A stretch of 63,470 bases of DNA, the filler included. It is 7 parts of 7 records of this genome, joined end to end, with 100 filler letters (N's around TTAATTAATTAA, not from the genome) between each part and the next. Parts side by side here need not be neighbours in the genome. Positions count along the whole stretch, not along the records: positions 1 to 22,464 come from DRR378314_1937; positions 22,565 to 33,048 come from DRR378314_1946; 5 more parts are not named here. One strand, given 5' to 3'. The stretch's first letter is position 1. Each line of letters opens with the position of its first letter. The position numbers and the translations under genes were made by a program. Shown here piece after piece: positions 18,714 through 29,251 of the stretch. The notes beneath the pieces were generated by a model, which searched no databases, was not told where the DNA came from, and worked only from the letters and a program-made list of their open reading frames with translations.

Positions 18714-20450
18714 ATGGATGCGGACAGCTTCGCAGGCTGCAACACAAGTGGCGATGGCCCGCGCACGGTAGAAGACCTTTTGGAAGGTGCCGCAGCTTCT
18801 CTTTCCGGGGAGCAGGGCGGTAGTATCGACCGTGCACTGTCTGGATTGCACGAAGCTCGAAAAATTCTCGCGCACAGAGACGAAGCGGCTAAATTTGCTA
18901 TGGATGGCGGTGCTGTGCTTGCTTGTTCGCGAGCACTGCGTGCTGCGTGCAAGCAAGCTGGCCGCGGAGTTGCGTGTGCGCACGTGCTGCTGGAGATGAT
19001 TGAGAGCGTAGCGCGCTCGGGTCATTCTGTGCGGCGTGCGCTGCAGAGCAATCCGTTTTACGCCACGTTTCATGATGCGTTACTACGGGTAGCATGCTGG
19101 GAAGGAACCGGATGTGACGAACTAGTTGATGCTGCCACAGGAGTGATTAGCACCGTTTCGAGCGCTCTTCCGGTCGGCGCGTCGGAGCCGCTCGCGTTCC
19201 CGCTCGGCCGCCCTGGGGCATCTCCGACAATATGCGTAGAAGAAGGGGATTTTGTGCAAGCTTCGTCTGTGGCGAGCGAGACCGACGGGGGCACCGGCTA
19301 TCGTGTATGGGAGAGTGGCGGTATTCTGGTGCGCTGGCTGGGCTCTCATCCCGAGTTTGTTCGCGGATTTACGGTACTAGAGCTCGGGAGCGGCAGTGGT
19401 GTTGGAGGAATTGCGGCGCTTGCGCTCGGCGCGGCGCATTGCGTGCTGACGGATGCGAACGCCGCAGCACGAGCACTGTCGATGACGAATTTACAGCGTA
19501 ACAGTGTTACAGATCGTGCTCGCGTACTGCACCTGGACTGGCTTTCGGAAGACTTTGGTGGAGCGGAGGTCAGCGAGCTTGAGAGCTTTCGTCGCGTGAT
19601 TGGCGCTGACATTGTGTACTGTCAGGAGCACGGTACGTGCGCAAGGACCCCATTTCTGCTCTTTGCCAATCCCGTGACACGGCGCACCATTCGCTTTACA
19701 GTGGTCACATGGTATTAGTGTGATATTTTCAAGTGTGGAGGTGGTTTCGTTTCCTTTGTGTGTGTGAAATGGAGGAGGTAGCTCGTGTTGCTGCTCTCAC
19801 TGTTGCGCCGCGAGGCATGGCCTGCCGCACTGGCCGGAGAGGGGTTTTTGTTTGGCAGTTTTTTATCCGGATGTAAAGAAAGACGCGCTGGAAACCCGAA
19901 GCGCAAGCTGCGAGCCGAAACGGGTCTGGAAAAGGATCTCTACTTTGAAAAGATGCTAAGAACAATCTGTACAAATAGTTAAGGAGCAAGCAGCTGACAT
20001 CGCCGCACGTTTGTAAGGAAGAGTGTGTTGATAGGAACGCCAGGAACCCAAAGTTCAGTATACGATTCGCTGCTTGCCTATGAGAAGGAGCTGTTGTGAG
20101 GGATGTACAGGGAACAACAAAGCGTAGCATGGCGTGGCGCGTGTGCGCGGCCTTTAACGGATGCACTGTTTGCGCGCTGTGCCGACGCTGCAGCCCATGG
20201 CATCGTGCGGGTCTTGCGGCGGTATCTGGCGCCCGGTGGGAAGGCTTTGCTTGTGCTTCCACACCACAGAGACGGAGTGGATCTGATCTGCGATCTTGTT
20301 CAACAGGAGTGCGGCTTTCGAGTTTCTATTTCAGGAACAAAGCTGCTGGGCGATGATTGCCGCGATTTCGAACCGATGGCGGCAAGTGCGCGCAGCAGCG
20401 AGGATCCCGATGCACCGTTTATTGTGATCGCGATCGAAAGGTGCCCGTGA
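18714..20450 (+). CDS. Family-16 (METTL21/Efm-like) protein-lysine methyltransferase with N-terminal extension, 2 coding exons
   Basis: TGYRVWESG, motif I VLELGSGSGVGG, VLTD, LDW and IGADIVY (DxxY). Intron ~19633-20193 joins to AHGIVRVLRRYLAPGG. Confidence 0.85.
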
Positions 20451-20506
20451 GACGGCTCGACCGGGCGCAATATCAGGTCAATACATAACATTTACCATTG
20501 CGTAGG

Positions 20507-22252
20507 CTAACGGGTGGGAAGAGATCGTGTGTACAGGGTTTCTGCGTTCGCGAGCTGCATCTCGAGCTGTCCCTCGAGATAACGCCGATCGGACAGGTGG
20601 CGATCGATACGGTGCTGCATATGCTGGAGGAACTTTTCCTGGCGCAGCAACGAGTCGCGTTGTATGCGCTGCGGAGTCGTGTTTGCCGATCTATACGTCG
20701 CATACGCATGCGTTGAACGCACAGACACGGAGCACGCAACTAGTTAGGAAGAGCGGTGCTTCCAGTCGTGGCAGAAGGGTCGCTGCCGCGGCAGAGGAGC
20801 GGGCGCGCAACAGGCTGTCGCTTCACTACAGCCTGTACGCAGCGCGCGTTGCTGCACACCAGGCTGGGTGTGGAATAGAATGTAACAGGTCACAAGTATT
20901 GCGCGCGGAGAAGTGGGGGACGCGGCGGGCGCATTGCGGAGTGCCACAGACGGCAGCCATCGGGAATAGTACAATAAATACTTCGCTTGCGGTCGCTCTT
21001 TCCGGCTTGCTGCGCGCTGCTCGTGCGATTGTCGCGATGCTTCATCGTGCGACAGCGCTACACGGTGTGCTCGTGTGCAACTAGCCGCGAGCGAGAGGCA
21101 AGCGGGGCGAGGTGCATGGACGTACACAGACGATGATCCGCCGGCAGCGCGAGCTTTGCTAAAGCGCACGATTTTCGAGTGAAGTGTCTTGATTGCTGCA
21201 CGCAGCTGGGATGTGAGTTTCTCCGTTTCTTCAAGCTGCAAGATTCGCCAAGGTGCATCGGATACGAAAGATAGAAACAAAACAGTAAGGACACGTGAGT
21301 GGTCTCCCGCGCAGTTAGTAATATCCTTTACTGCAACACGTTTATATTTTGCCAGTCGTTTCCGCTTTCGCAAACGCAGGACACGACGTGCAGTTCCTCC
21401 CTCGAAACGTCGGGAGGGCCCCTCCTCCCGTGTATATACTTTTCTTCCGCTGCGCATTTGAGCGCAGCGCTGCACCGCATACCTCTTTCCGCAACCGGGT
21501 TAATCCGGCGGTTGTTTTCCGACCGAGGCTGTCTCCATTCACATTCTCGAGATCATCGGTACTTTGCGCATTGCACTGCATAAGCAACAAGCGGCCGCGG
21601 CATGTTTCCGACCACAAACTGTTGAAATGTGCTGCGAATAGGTATTCTCTGATGGCGGCGCTGAGCTTCTCCATGCTAACGCTTGCAGGTCGCGCTCACC
21701 CTTGCCGCCTGCTTGTTCATGCACGCAGTTAGAGTAAAGCTTATTGCGTAAGAGTGCCGTGATTGCACACGGTGTTCACGTGGATTCGCGAGTGAGCGGG
21801 AAGACGCACCGTTCGCTCAAGCACTCGTTGCTCAAGCTCGGTGACAAGTCGATCGTACTCGAACTGCAGGTCACGCCGCATGCGACGGATTTCCCAGAGC
21901 TGGATAAAGTTTGTCCCAATGATGGCCGTTGGAATCGAGATAGCCTGCCATAGACGGTGTACGTGTACGTATGCGAAACACAACATTGCACCAGTACATG
22001 AGCACGATACGCTTCCTGAGATTCCTGAACAAAACATCGGGAATACATATATTGTGCACGCATGCAACCTCCCGTGCGAGCACGGCTTTCAGGCGTGCAC
22101 GCCCGGTAAGACAACGTACGCAAGTGCCCGCAACCATCGTTAGTGCGGCAATAATGCGTCCATGTACAGTTATCGGAACATCGTCTCCATATCCTGTTGT
22201 TGTGAGTGTTGTAAGACACCACCAGAAACTATCCGGGATACTCTGGAACGGA
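20507..22252 (-). CDS. Potassium channel (Kv/Shaker-like): pore loop, S6 and C-terminal coiled coil; 5' part lost at contig end
   Basis: Exon 22252-22120 reads [45 protein letters not shown] and splices to [17 protein letters not shown] (from 21944). Further in-phase exons ([21 protein letters not shown].., ..[13 protein letters not shown]..) lead to a stop at 20507. The downstream exons are less certain. Confidence 0.85.
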
Positions 22253-22464
22253 CTGTGTTCGACAGGCAGCGAGGAAGTTGCAGTACGAATGGCAAGCGCA
22301 CATATAATAGCCGGTCATCCCGTCGGTACAAGGTTGTAGGAGGAGCAAGTGCAATAGGATCTGGAAGAGAGTTTGACCTTGCGATCTCTTCGGTTGATTT
22401 CGACATCCGCTCACACTGGCTTCGGTATGCCTTCCAAAAGCAAAAAAAAAAAAAAAAAAAAAAA

Positions 22465-22564
22465 NNNNNNNNNNNNNNNNNNNNNNNNNNNNNNNNNNNN
22501 NNNNNNNNTTAATTAATTAANNNNNNNNNNNNNNNNNNNNNNNNNNNNNNNNNNNNNNNNNNNN
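22465..22564. other. Artificial contig linker (N44-TTAATTAATTAA-N44)
   Basis: Identical 100-bp spacer with stops in all six frames; gene style changes abruptly across it. Confidence 0.98.
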
Positions 22565-22681
22565 CTTGGCCAGCATGTATTCTTCTTCCGGCTCAAGCAG
22601 AGGAAATTTGCGAATCTCCTGCATATAGCGGTTCAGCCCACCCTCGGGTGTTGGCGCTGGAAGAGTTGTGTAATTTGCCAT
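22565..22681 (-). CDS. rpoH: RNA polymerase sigma-32 factor, N-terminal fragment (truncated by contig end)
   Basis: MANYTTLPAPTPEGGLNRYMQEIRKFPLLEPEEEYMLAK; lies downstream of rluD as is usual in alphaproteobacteria. Confidence 0.9.
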
Positions 22682-22828
22682 CTATTTCCGCCCCTTGGAC
22701 AAATGTTTAAGCCCTTAACATGGGATATGGGTATCTGACCCGATACATTCAAGAGGATCAACTACCAGTCTGAAATTAACCTGATGTAAAGAAAAGCTGA
22801 AACTGCCACATTCACAAGCCTTTGCAGA

Positions 22829-23863
22829 TTATTTCATAGGCCTTCTAAGGCTTTCCAGCAGTGCGGTCATATCCTGCGGCAGCGGCGCTTCAAACCGCAA
22901 AGCCTCGCCCGTGACCGGATGCTCGAACCCAAGCACCGCAGCGTGCAGTGCCTGCCGGGGGAACGTCCGCACCGCATCAGCGGCCTCGGGCGTGAACGCA
23001 CGCGCGGCGAGCTTGCGCCGGCCACCATAGACCGGGTCCCCGACAAGACCGTGACCGGCATGGGCCATATGGACACGAATTTGATGCGTCCGACCGGTCT
23101 CAAGCCAGCATTCGATCAACGACAGGCCGCCGGGGGTGCCGAAAACCTCGACGATCCTTGCCCGTGTCACGGCATGACGGCCACCGTGAAACAGCACAGC
23201 CTGCCTTTGACGATCCGTCTTGTGCCGCGCCAATTGCGTGGTCAGACGCATGATATTTCCCGGCTCGAAACTGACGCCCTTTATCCCGCGTAACCGAGGA
23301 TCATTGGCATCGGGAACCCCGTAGCACACAGCGCGATAATATCGCTCGACACTATGCGCTTCGAACTGGGCGGCCAGTCCGTGATGCGCCGCGTCCGACT
23401 TGGCGACCACCAGCAAACCGCTGGTTTCCTTGTCGATCCGGTGCACGATCCCCGGGCGTTTGACGCCCCCGACGCCCGAAAGGTCATCGCCACAGTGATG
23501 CAGCAGAGCGTTGACCAGCGTCCCGTTCGGAGACCCTGGCGCCGGATGCACAACCATCCCCGCAGGTTTGTTGACAACGATCAGATCGTCATCCTCATGG
23601 ACAACCTCAAGCGGGATGTCCTCGGGGCCAATATGGCTGTCTTCGGCCTCGGCCACCGCGATCGCGACCTGCGCGCCCTCGGCAATCCGGGCTTTGGGAT
23701 CAATGATGACCACACCATCAACCGTGACAGCCCCTTCGCCGATCAGACGAGCCAGCCGGGTGCGCGATAGGCTCTCTTCCGCTGGCACATCCCGCGCAAG
23801 CGCCTTATCAAGGCGAGGAGGCGGCGCAGCCGCGATTTGAAACTCTATCAGGCGGGTGCCCAT
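22829..23863 (-). CDS. rluD: RluA-family 23S rRNA pseudouridine synthase
   Basis: S4-like N-terminus (RLDKALA), VVNKPAGMVVHP, GIVHRIDKETSGL (catalytic Asp), LETGRTHQIRVH, RQALHA. Confidence 0.95.
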   Translation of the reverse strand: MGTRLIEFQIAAAPPPRLDKALARDVPAEESLSRTRLARLIGEGAVTVDGVVIIDPKARIAEGAQVAIAVAEAEDSHIGPEDIPLEVVHEDDDLIVVNKPAGMVVHPAPGSPNGTLVNALLHHCGDDLSGVGGVKRPGIVHRIDKETSGLLVVAKSDAAHHGLAAQFEAHSVERYYRAVCYGVPDANDPRLRGIKGVSFEPGNIMRLTTQLARHKTDRQRQAVLFHGGRHAVTRARIVEVFGTPGGLSLIECWLETGRTHQIRVHMAHAGHGLVGDPVYGGRRKLAARAFTPEAADAVRTFPRQALHAAVLGFEHPVTGEALRFEAPLPQDMTALLESLRRPMK

Positions 23864-24164
23864 GACTGTCCCTTCCGAACCTCAGGAACCGCAGGAAACA
23901 CCGCAGCTTCGGTTGCTGCGGCGCATGGTCATGCTGTTGACCGCGGTGATGATTGGCGGGGTTCTAGTGACATTCGCTTTGATTGTCATCCGCCTATCGG
24001 ATCGCACCCCAACACTGCCCGACCAGATTGAGCTACCAGATGGTGCACGCGCGCAGGCACTGACCATCGGCAACAACTGGTATGCGGTTGTGACCGATGA
24101 CAATCGGATTCTGATCTTTGACAAGACAACCGGAAAACTAAAGCAAGAGATTGCGCTGAACTAA
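23862..24164 (+). CDS. Small membrane-anchored protein (DUF6476-like, Roseobacter type)
   Basis: LRLLRRMVMLLTAVMIGGVLVTFALIVIRL single TM helix followed by LPDQIELPDGARAQA..WYAVVT..ILIFD. Confidence 0.75.
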   Translation: MTVPSEPQEPQETPQLRLLRRMVMLLTAVMIGGVLVTFALIVIRLSDRTPTLPDQIELPDGARAQALTIGNNWYAVVTDDNRILIFDKTTGKLKQEIALN

Positions 24165-24166
24165 AT

Positions 24167-26167
24167 TTACGTCTTACCCGACAGCCTGTTCAGCTGATTG
24201 GTAAACCGTTTGTAGGGCGGATAGAGGTCGCGCGCTTTTTCAAGATAAGGGCGGGCCTTGTTCTTGTTCCCACGCCGCATGTGTATCTGACCCGCCATAC
24301 CCTGAATGGCGACGGTTACCTCATCCTGATCCGCAGCTTGCAAGATCAGGCTTTCGCCCTTCCCGGTTTTACCCGACCGCTCTAGCATGCGGCCCATTGC
24401 AAACAGAAGAAACGGGCTTTCCGGATCGCAGGCCATTGCCTCGGCCATTGTTCGATGCGCGGCTTCGATATCCCCTTCTGCTTCATAAAGCTCAGCGAGA
24501 CGTTTTTGATACAGCGTGCTTTCCGGCACCTCAGCCACGATCTGACGGGTTGTGTCGATGGCCTGGCCACCGGAAATTTCGCCCAGATGTTTTTGCAGAA
24601 TTACCCGTGCCCCCAGTAGACGCGGATCATCTGTTGGCACGTCGGGCAGATCACCCAAGGCCACATTCAATACCTCCAACCTTTTGCGTTGGTCAAAAAG
24701 CCGCCTTGCACGTTGATCCAGCGCCAGTTCGGCCCAATCCAGCAGGATGAAATCAAAGTTGCACGGACGCCATGAAACCACTTTGTGCTGAACCAGATAC
24801 AGGTTGTTGAACGGTGGAAAGCGTCGCTGCCGCACGATCCGTTGCAGCGACCAGTCCACAGGTGGCAGCAGCCTGAGCGCCAGATGAGAGCGGTAGAGCA
24901 TTCTGGATCCAAGTACCACAACATCAGGTCGTAATGGTTTGGCCCAAAACGCTTTTGCAAAATGCCGTGTCGCAGCCCAGCGCTTGCCCTGCACACCCAG
25001 AATAGCACCACGCAAGGCGCACATGACGGCGTAGTCCTCGGGCCAAAGATGCGGGTTCTGCAAACCTTCGCTGGCAAGCGTTTCACTTTCCTGCCACTTC
25101 TCCAGATAAAAGCAGTTCAGGGATTGAAGCAGCGGCATAAAGGCGTTGTCGGCCCCGGCCGCCAGAATGGGTTTCGCGCTGTCATAAGCCTCATCACAGC
25201 GGTCCTGCGCCGAGAGGTATTGTGCCGCTTTTGAGTATATATGAGCAGCCTCGGAAGGGTTCAGAAACGCGCCGGGCCCTTGCGCAACGCGTTCAATGAC
25301 CCGTGCATTGGCCTTCTGCAGCTCTTCCTCGGTCAGGACATCACGAAACACTTTGCGCTGCTGCCCCGATATCCGGGCCGCTGCCATCGAAAATGCGGAA
25401 ATGTAAGGTGCGATGACCTGATCCGCCCGCGACATCGCATAGAGCTCCAGAAAATCCCGTTGCGCACGCGTCAGACCCGACAGATCAGCGATATCCGACA
25501 TTTGCATGAGCAGAGGAAACCGTTTTTTGAAGCGAACAATCAGCTCAGGCTGGTCCGAGAACATGATCGCCGTCAGGCCCTCGGATTTTTCCAAATGGGC
25601 TTCATAAAACTCTTCAGGCTCGACTTTGGCGGGCCAGGTCGAATGCTTCCACGGAAGCCCGTTCAGGATATCACCGCGACGGATATGGTAGGCAGAAACG
25701 CCCTGCCCCGAGAGTTTTTCATCCGCTCGATCCATGATCTGGCGTATGGCGTCTATGAACCCGACACTGCGGATGAAATCGCGGTATCGCGGGCGTATGG
25801 TTTCGATATCTTCCCAAGGAAAGGCCAGAACCTCGAATCCCTCTTCGACCAGAACCGAACGGCCAGATGCCAAATGATCAACCAGCCGCTCTGGCGAAGG
25901 GTCATTTTGGAAGGCCCAAATCGGCAGGGCGGTTTTGTTCAGCGTGTCGAACTCTGCCTGATCAAGGAAATGCGCATCCATCCAGTCCGAGGTGAACAGC
26001 TCATCTGGCTGATCCAATTCCGGCGCATCCGCACCCTGCGGGAACCAGTTCACCTTGTAGTCGGTCCCAAAATCTTCAGCCAGACGAATGCAAGTCAGGA
26101 TCATCAGCAGGCGCGCGCCCATCCGATCCTTGCGCTGACCGATGAAGACCCCGCGCTTTCCGCTCAT
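24167..26167 (-). CDS. Putative GDP-fucose-type glycosyltransferase-like domain fused to C-terminal TPR repeats
   Basis: 666-aa ORF with N-terminal RKDRMGARL, AYHIRRGD, MFSD and ELYAMSRADQVIAPYISAFSMAAA. TPR-like helices follow (LAELYEAEGDIEAA..DPESP, MGRMLERSG, AGQIHMRRGNKNKARPYLEKA..P). Confidence 0.65.
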   Translation of the reverse strand: MSGKRGVFIGQRKDRMGARLLMILTCIRLAEDFGTDYKVNWFPQGADAPELDQPDELFTSDWMDAHFLDQAEFDTLNKTALPIWAFQNDPSPERLVDHLASGRSVLVEEGFEVLAFPWEDIETIRPRYRDFIRSVGFIDAIRQIMDRADEKLSGQGVSAYHIRRGDILNGLPWKHSTWPAKVEPEEFYEAHLEKSEGLTAIMFSDQPELIVRFKKRFPLLMQMSDIADLSGLTRAQRDFLELYAMSRADQVIAPYISAFSMAAARISGQQRKVFRDVLTEEELQKANARVIERVAQGPGAFLNPSEAAHIYSKAAQYLSAQDRCDEAYDSAKPILAAGADNAFMPLLQSLNCFYLEKWQESETLASEGLQNPHLWPEDYAVMCALRGAILGVQGKRWAATRHFAKAFWAKPLRPDVVVLGSRMLYRSHLALRLLPPVDWSLQRIVRQRRFPPFNNLYLVQHKVVSWRPCNFDFILLDWAELALDQRARRLFDQRKRLEVLNVALGDLPDVPTDDPRLLGARVILQKHLGEISGGQAIDTTRQIVAEVPESTLYQKRLAELYEAEGDIEAAHRTMAEAMACDPESPFLLFAMGRMLERSGKTGKGESLILQAADQDEVTVAIQGMAGQIHMRRGNKNKARPYLEKARDLYPPYKRFTNQLNRLSGKT

Positions 26168-26321
26168 AGCGACATCCGGGCGATTGATCCTAAACCGACA
26201 GTACCAATCACCTGAAACATTAGGGCATTCCCAAACCGCGTTCGCCTAACGTCTTACACAACCGCAGCAGCGACGACGAGGTGTGAAATGCACCACGTTT
26301 CGAGATTTGCCCAAACGGATG

Positions 26322-27458
26322 TCAGATCGACACGACCGGGCGAGCCCGTGACAGGTTCGGGGAAATTCGAATGGCTTGCGAGATCATGTTCAAGCGCGAG
26401 ATCGAGTTTTGTGAAATAAATTCTGCCGGAATGCGCGTGGCCGCCGCCAACGCGTCAGGCAGCGAAACACCCACGTTCTTCGTCAGAACGCGCAGCGCTG
26501 TGGTCAGGTCAAGGTCAGCCCCAGCCAGCGTTCCATCCTGCAACGTCAACCTGCCGTTTTCACGCTGAATGACGCGCCCTTCCAAGCTGAAATCCTTCAG
26601 TTCCGTTCCGGCCACAGCCATCGCATCACTGACCAAAAACAGACGCCCGGGCCCTTGCTTGGCGGCAAAAGCCGACCGCATCGTCTGGGGATGAACATGG
26701 ATCGCATCTGCTATCAACCCGGCAGACATGGCCCCGCTGGACAGGACCGCGCCCACAAGACCTGGCTCTCGATTGCCCAACTGGCTCATGGCGTTGAACA
26801 AATGTGTGGCACAATGCGCGCCTGCTTGGGCATAGGCAACGCAGGTTTCGTATGCAGCATCGCTGTGCCCCAGCGAAACCATCACCCCTGCATTAACCAG
26901 CGTTTCGACCTGAGAAATCGCGACACTCTCAGGCGCAAGCGTGACCATCAGCGCAGGCAGCGCCTTGACCGCATCCAACAACTGCGCCAGATCGGAATCT
27001 TCCATCGGGCGGATCAACGCAGCATCATGAGCCCCCTTGCGCCGCTCGGACAGATGCGGCCCCTCCAGGTGCAGGCCGACAATCCCCGGAACACCGCGCT
27101 GGATGGCCTGCATGGCAGCCGCGATGGCAGCGGTCGTCTTCTCTGGCGTGTCTGTGATCAGCGTCGGAAGAATAGAAGTCGCGCCCAGCCCGCGATGTGC
27201 CCCGGCAATACACTGCAAGGTTTCTACCGACGGATCGTCATTGAACATGACCCCTCCGCCGCCATTGACCTGCAGGTCCACATAGCCGGGGCTAAGGATA
27301 TCACCCGAAAGATCCTCGACCGCTTCACCTGAAGACAACTGAGCTTCGGGCAGAATTGAATCCAACATACCATCGACGAAACGGGCGGCATGGCCATTCA
27401 GCAGTGTCTCGCCGTCAAAGATCGGTCCACCGGCGAAAGTGATTGTTGTGCCGGTCAT
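26322..27458 (-). CDS. nagA: N-acetylglucosamine-6-phosphate deacetylase
   Basis: PGYVDLQVNGGGG, LPTLIT, GLHLEGP, KGAH, TLAPE, GHS, THLFNAM, IADAIHV, SDAM, GTLAGA. Confidence 0.95.
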   Translation of the reverse strand: MTGTTITFAGGPIFDGETLLNGHAARFVDGMLDSILPEAQLSSGEAVEDLSGDILSPGYVDLQVNGGGGVMFNDDPSVETLQCIAGAHRGLGATSILPTLITDTPEKTTAAIAAAMQAIQRGVPGIVGLHLEGPHLSERRKGAHDAALIRPMEDSDLAQLLDAVKALPALMVTLAPESVAISQVETLVNAGVMVSLGHSDAAYETCVAYAQAGAHCATHLFNAMSQLGNREPGLVGAVLSSGAMSAGLIADAIHVHPQTMRSAFAAKQGPGRLFLVSDAMAVAGTELKDFSLEGRVIQRENGRLTLQDGTLAGADLDLTTALRVLTKNVGVSLPDALAAATRIPAEFISQNSISRLNMISQAIRISPNLSRARPVVSI

Positions 27459-28483
27459 ACCGTTTCCGTCACTTTCCGCAGGTGGCGTGGCGCATCTGGG
27501 TTAATACCCCTGCGGGTGGCAACCGTTTCGACCAAACCATAGAACGAGGCGATCGAGGCCACCGGGTCTGTCATCCAGTGTGATGTGCGCACATGCGGCA
27601 GCGATACGGCATCTGAAACCTTGTTGGTTGTCGCAAAAACCATTGCACCCTTGGCCGCAAGCGCATCTGCGACCTCGGCAATGTTGGCCTCGGCCGCGTC
27701 ACCAGACGCAAAGGCAATCACCGGAAAGCCCTGATCGACTATTGAAACCGGACCATGCAGCACTTCGGCCGAGGAATAGCTTTCAGCGTGGATCTGGCAG
27801 GTTTCCTTGAATTTCAGCGCCGCCTCATTCGAAATTGCCCAGGACATCCCCCGCCCCAACGTGAACAGGGATTGTCCGTCAACGGCTTCCACGACCGCAC
27901 CCCAGTCGCATGTGATCGCCTGCGTCAAAGCTTCTGGCAATTTGTGAACCGCGGACAACAATTCATCATCGCCTTTAACTTCGGCCAGCAGCCATAGCCC
28001 GGCAACCAGTGAGGTCACGAAGGTCTTTGTGGCCGCCACACTTAGTTCGGGGCCCGCATGAATCGACAGCGCCGATGAGGCTGCATTGGCCAATGCCGAA
28101 CCTGTGTTGTTTGTGATTGCAACCGAATAAGCGCCGCCTTCTGTTAAGGACTGCGTCAGTTGCACAATGTCGGGGCTTTGGCCTGATTGCGACACCGAGA
28201 TACACAGTGCGCCGGGGCAGCGCATGTCCACGCCGTAAATCGATTTCACACTCGGCCCGACCGAGGCCATGGGCAAGCCCAGCAGCAATTCGGATGCGTA
28301 TTTCAGGTAGCTACAGGCATGATCCGACGATCCGCGCGCGACTGAGATCAGAAAGCTGGGATCGTGCGCGCGTACCGCGCTTGCTGTCTTTGCAATGGTA
28401 TTGGCGCCATCGGTTAGAAGTCGTTCAACAGCAAGAGGTATCTCATTGATTTCTCGCCGCATTTGGGTGGTTTCGGTGGACAT
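27455..28483 (-). CDS. SIS-domain glucosamine-6-phosphate deaminase (NagB-II / GlmS isomerase-like)
   Basis: ARGSSDHA, SQSGQSPD, GPELSVAATKTF, EAALKFKE, EVLHGP, NPDAPRHLRKVTET; 4-bp overlap with nagA. Confidence 0.9.
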   Translation of the reverse strand: MSTETTQMRREINEIPLAVERLLTDGANTIAKTASAVRAHDPSFLISVARGSSDHACSYLKYASELLLGLPMASVGPSVKSIYGVDMRCPGALCISVSQSGQSPDIVQLTQSLTEGGAYSVAITNNTGSALANAASSALSIHAGPELSVAATKTFVTSLVAGLWLLAEVKGDDELLSAVHKLPEALTQAITCDWGAVVEAVDGQSLFTLGRGMSWAISNEAALKFKETCQIHAESYSSAEVLHGPVSIVDQGFPVIAFASGDAAEANIAEVADALAAKGAMVFATTNKVSDAVSLPHVRTSHWMTDPVASIASFYGLVETVATRRGINPDAPRHLRKVTETV

Positions 28484-28495
28484 TTGTCCTGCCTT

Positions 28496-29251
28496 TCAGA
28501 TTGACAGACGCAGCTCTGCCACGAAATCGTAGGCCTCGCCGTGATAGATGGATCGGGTTAGTTCAGCGACACGCCCGCTTTCAAGATAAGACGTGCGTTG
28601 AATGCGCAGCCCTGCCGTGCCTTCGGCGACGTCCAACAAACCTGCCTCGGTCGCCTCAAGATTAATGGCAGAAATCTTCTGGATCGCGCGTACCGGGCGG
28701 TGCCCGGATTGTTCGAGGAACGTATAAAGCGACCCGGTGACTTCGGTGGGATTTGGCAGGATATCTAACGGTAGTGCAGCGCGCTCCAGCGCCATCGGGC
28801 GCCCTCCTGCCGCACGCAGACGGTGAATGCGCGCAACCTGATCATTCGCAGACAAACCCAGTGCAAGCATCTCATCAGGCGAGGGCAAAAAAACCCCGCG
28901 CTCCAACCATGTCGAGGTCGTCTCGAACCCCCGTCGTTCCATATCTTCGGTGAACGAGGTCAGATGAGAAAGAGATTGCTCGACCCGCGCCACAGGCTGG
29001 CGCACGAATGAGCCCGACCCCTGCCGCTGTTCGATGGCGCCCTTGCGTACCAGTTCCTGTATGGCCTTGCGGACTGTCACCCGCGACAGATCGGTTAGCT
29101 CGGCAATCTCACGCTCGGGTGGAAGTGAACTGTTGGGGGGCAGAATGCCCTCCTCAATTCCTTTCTCAAGCCGTTGGCGCAGTTGCACGTAACGCGGCCC
29201 GGCGGTCTGACCCAGCCAACCCTCGGGTCGCAGGAAGTCAGCAACGCTCAT
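28496..29251 (-). CDS. GntR/HutC-family transcriptional regulator (NagQ-like)
   Basis: wHTH LPPEREIA..SRVTVRKAI..RQGSGSFV plus UTRA domain (SFTEDM..); ATG at 29251 overlaps the end of the kinase gene. Confidence 0.9.
   Translation of the reverse strand: MSVADFLRPEGWLGQTAGPRYVQLRQRLEKGIEEGILPPNSSLPPEREIAELTDLSRVTVRKAIQELVRKGAIEQRQGSGSFVRQPVARVEQSLSHLTSFTEDMERRGFETTSTWLERGVFLPSPDEMLALGLSANDQVARIHRLRAAGGRPMALERAALPLDILPNPTEVTGSLYTFLEQSGHRPVRAIQKISAINLEATEAGLLDVAEGTAGLRIQRTSYLESGRVAELTRSIYHGEAYDFVAELRLSI

Noticed and set aside
22442..22464. Poly-A run as a retroposon tail; also (TGT)n at 38392 and (TTA/TCA)n at ~43000
   Set aside because: These are simple repeats in introns or at contig ends, with no element body or target-site duplication visible.
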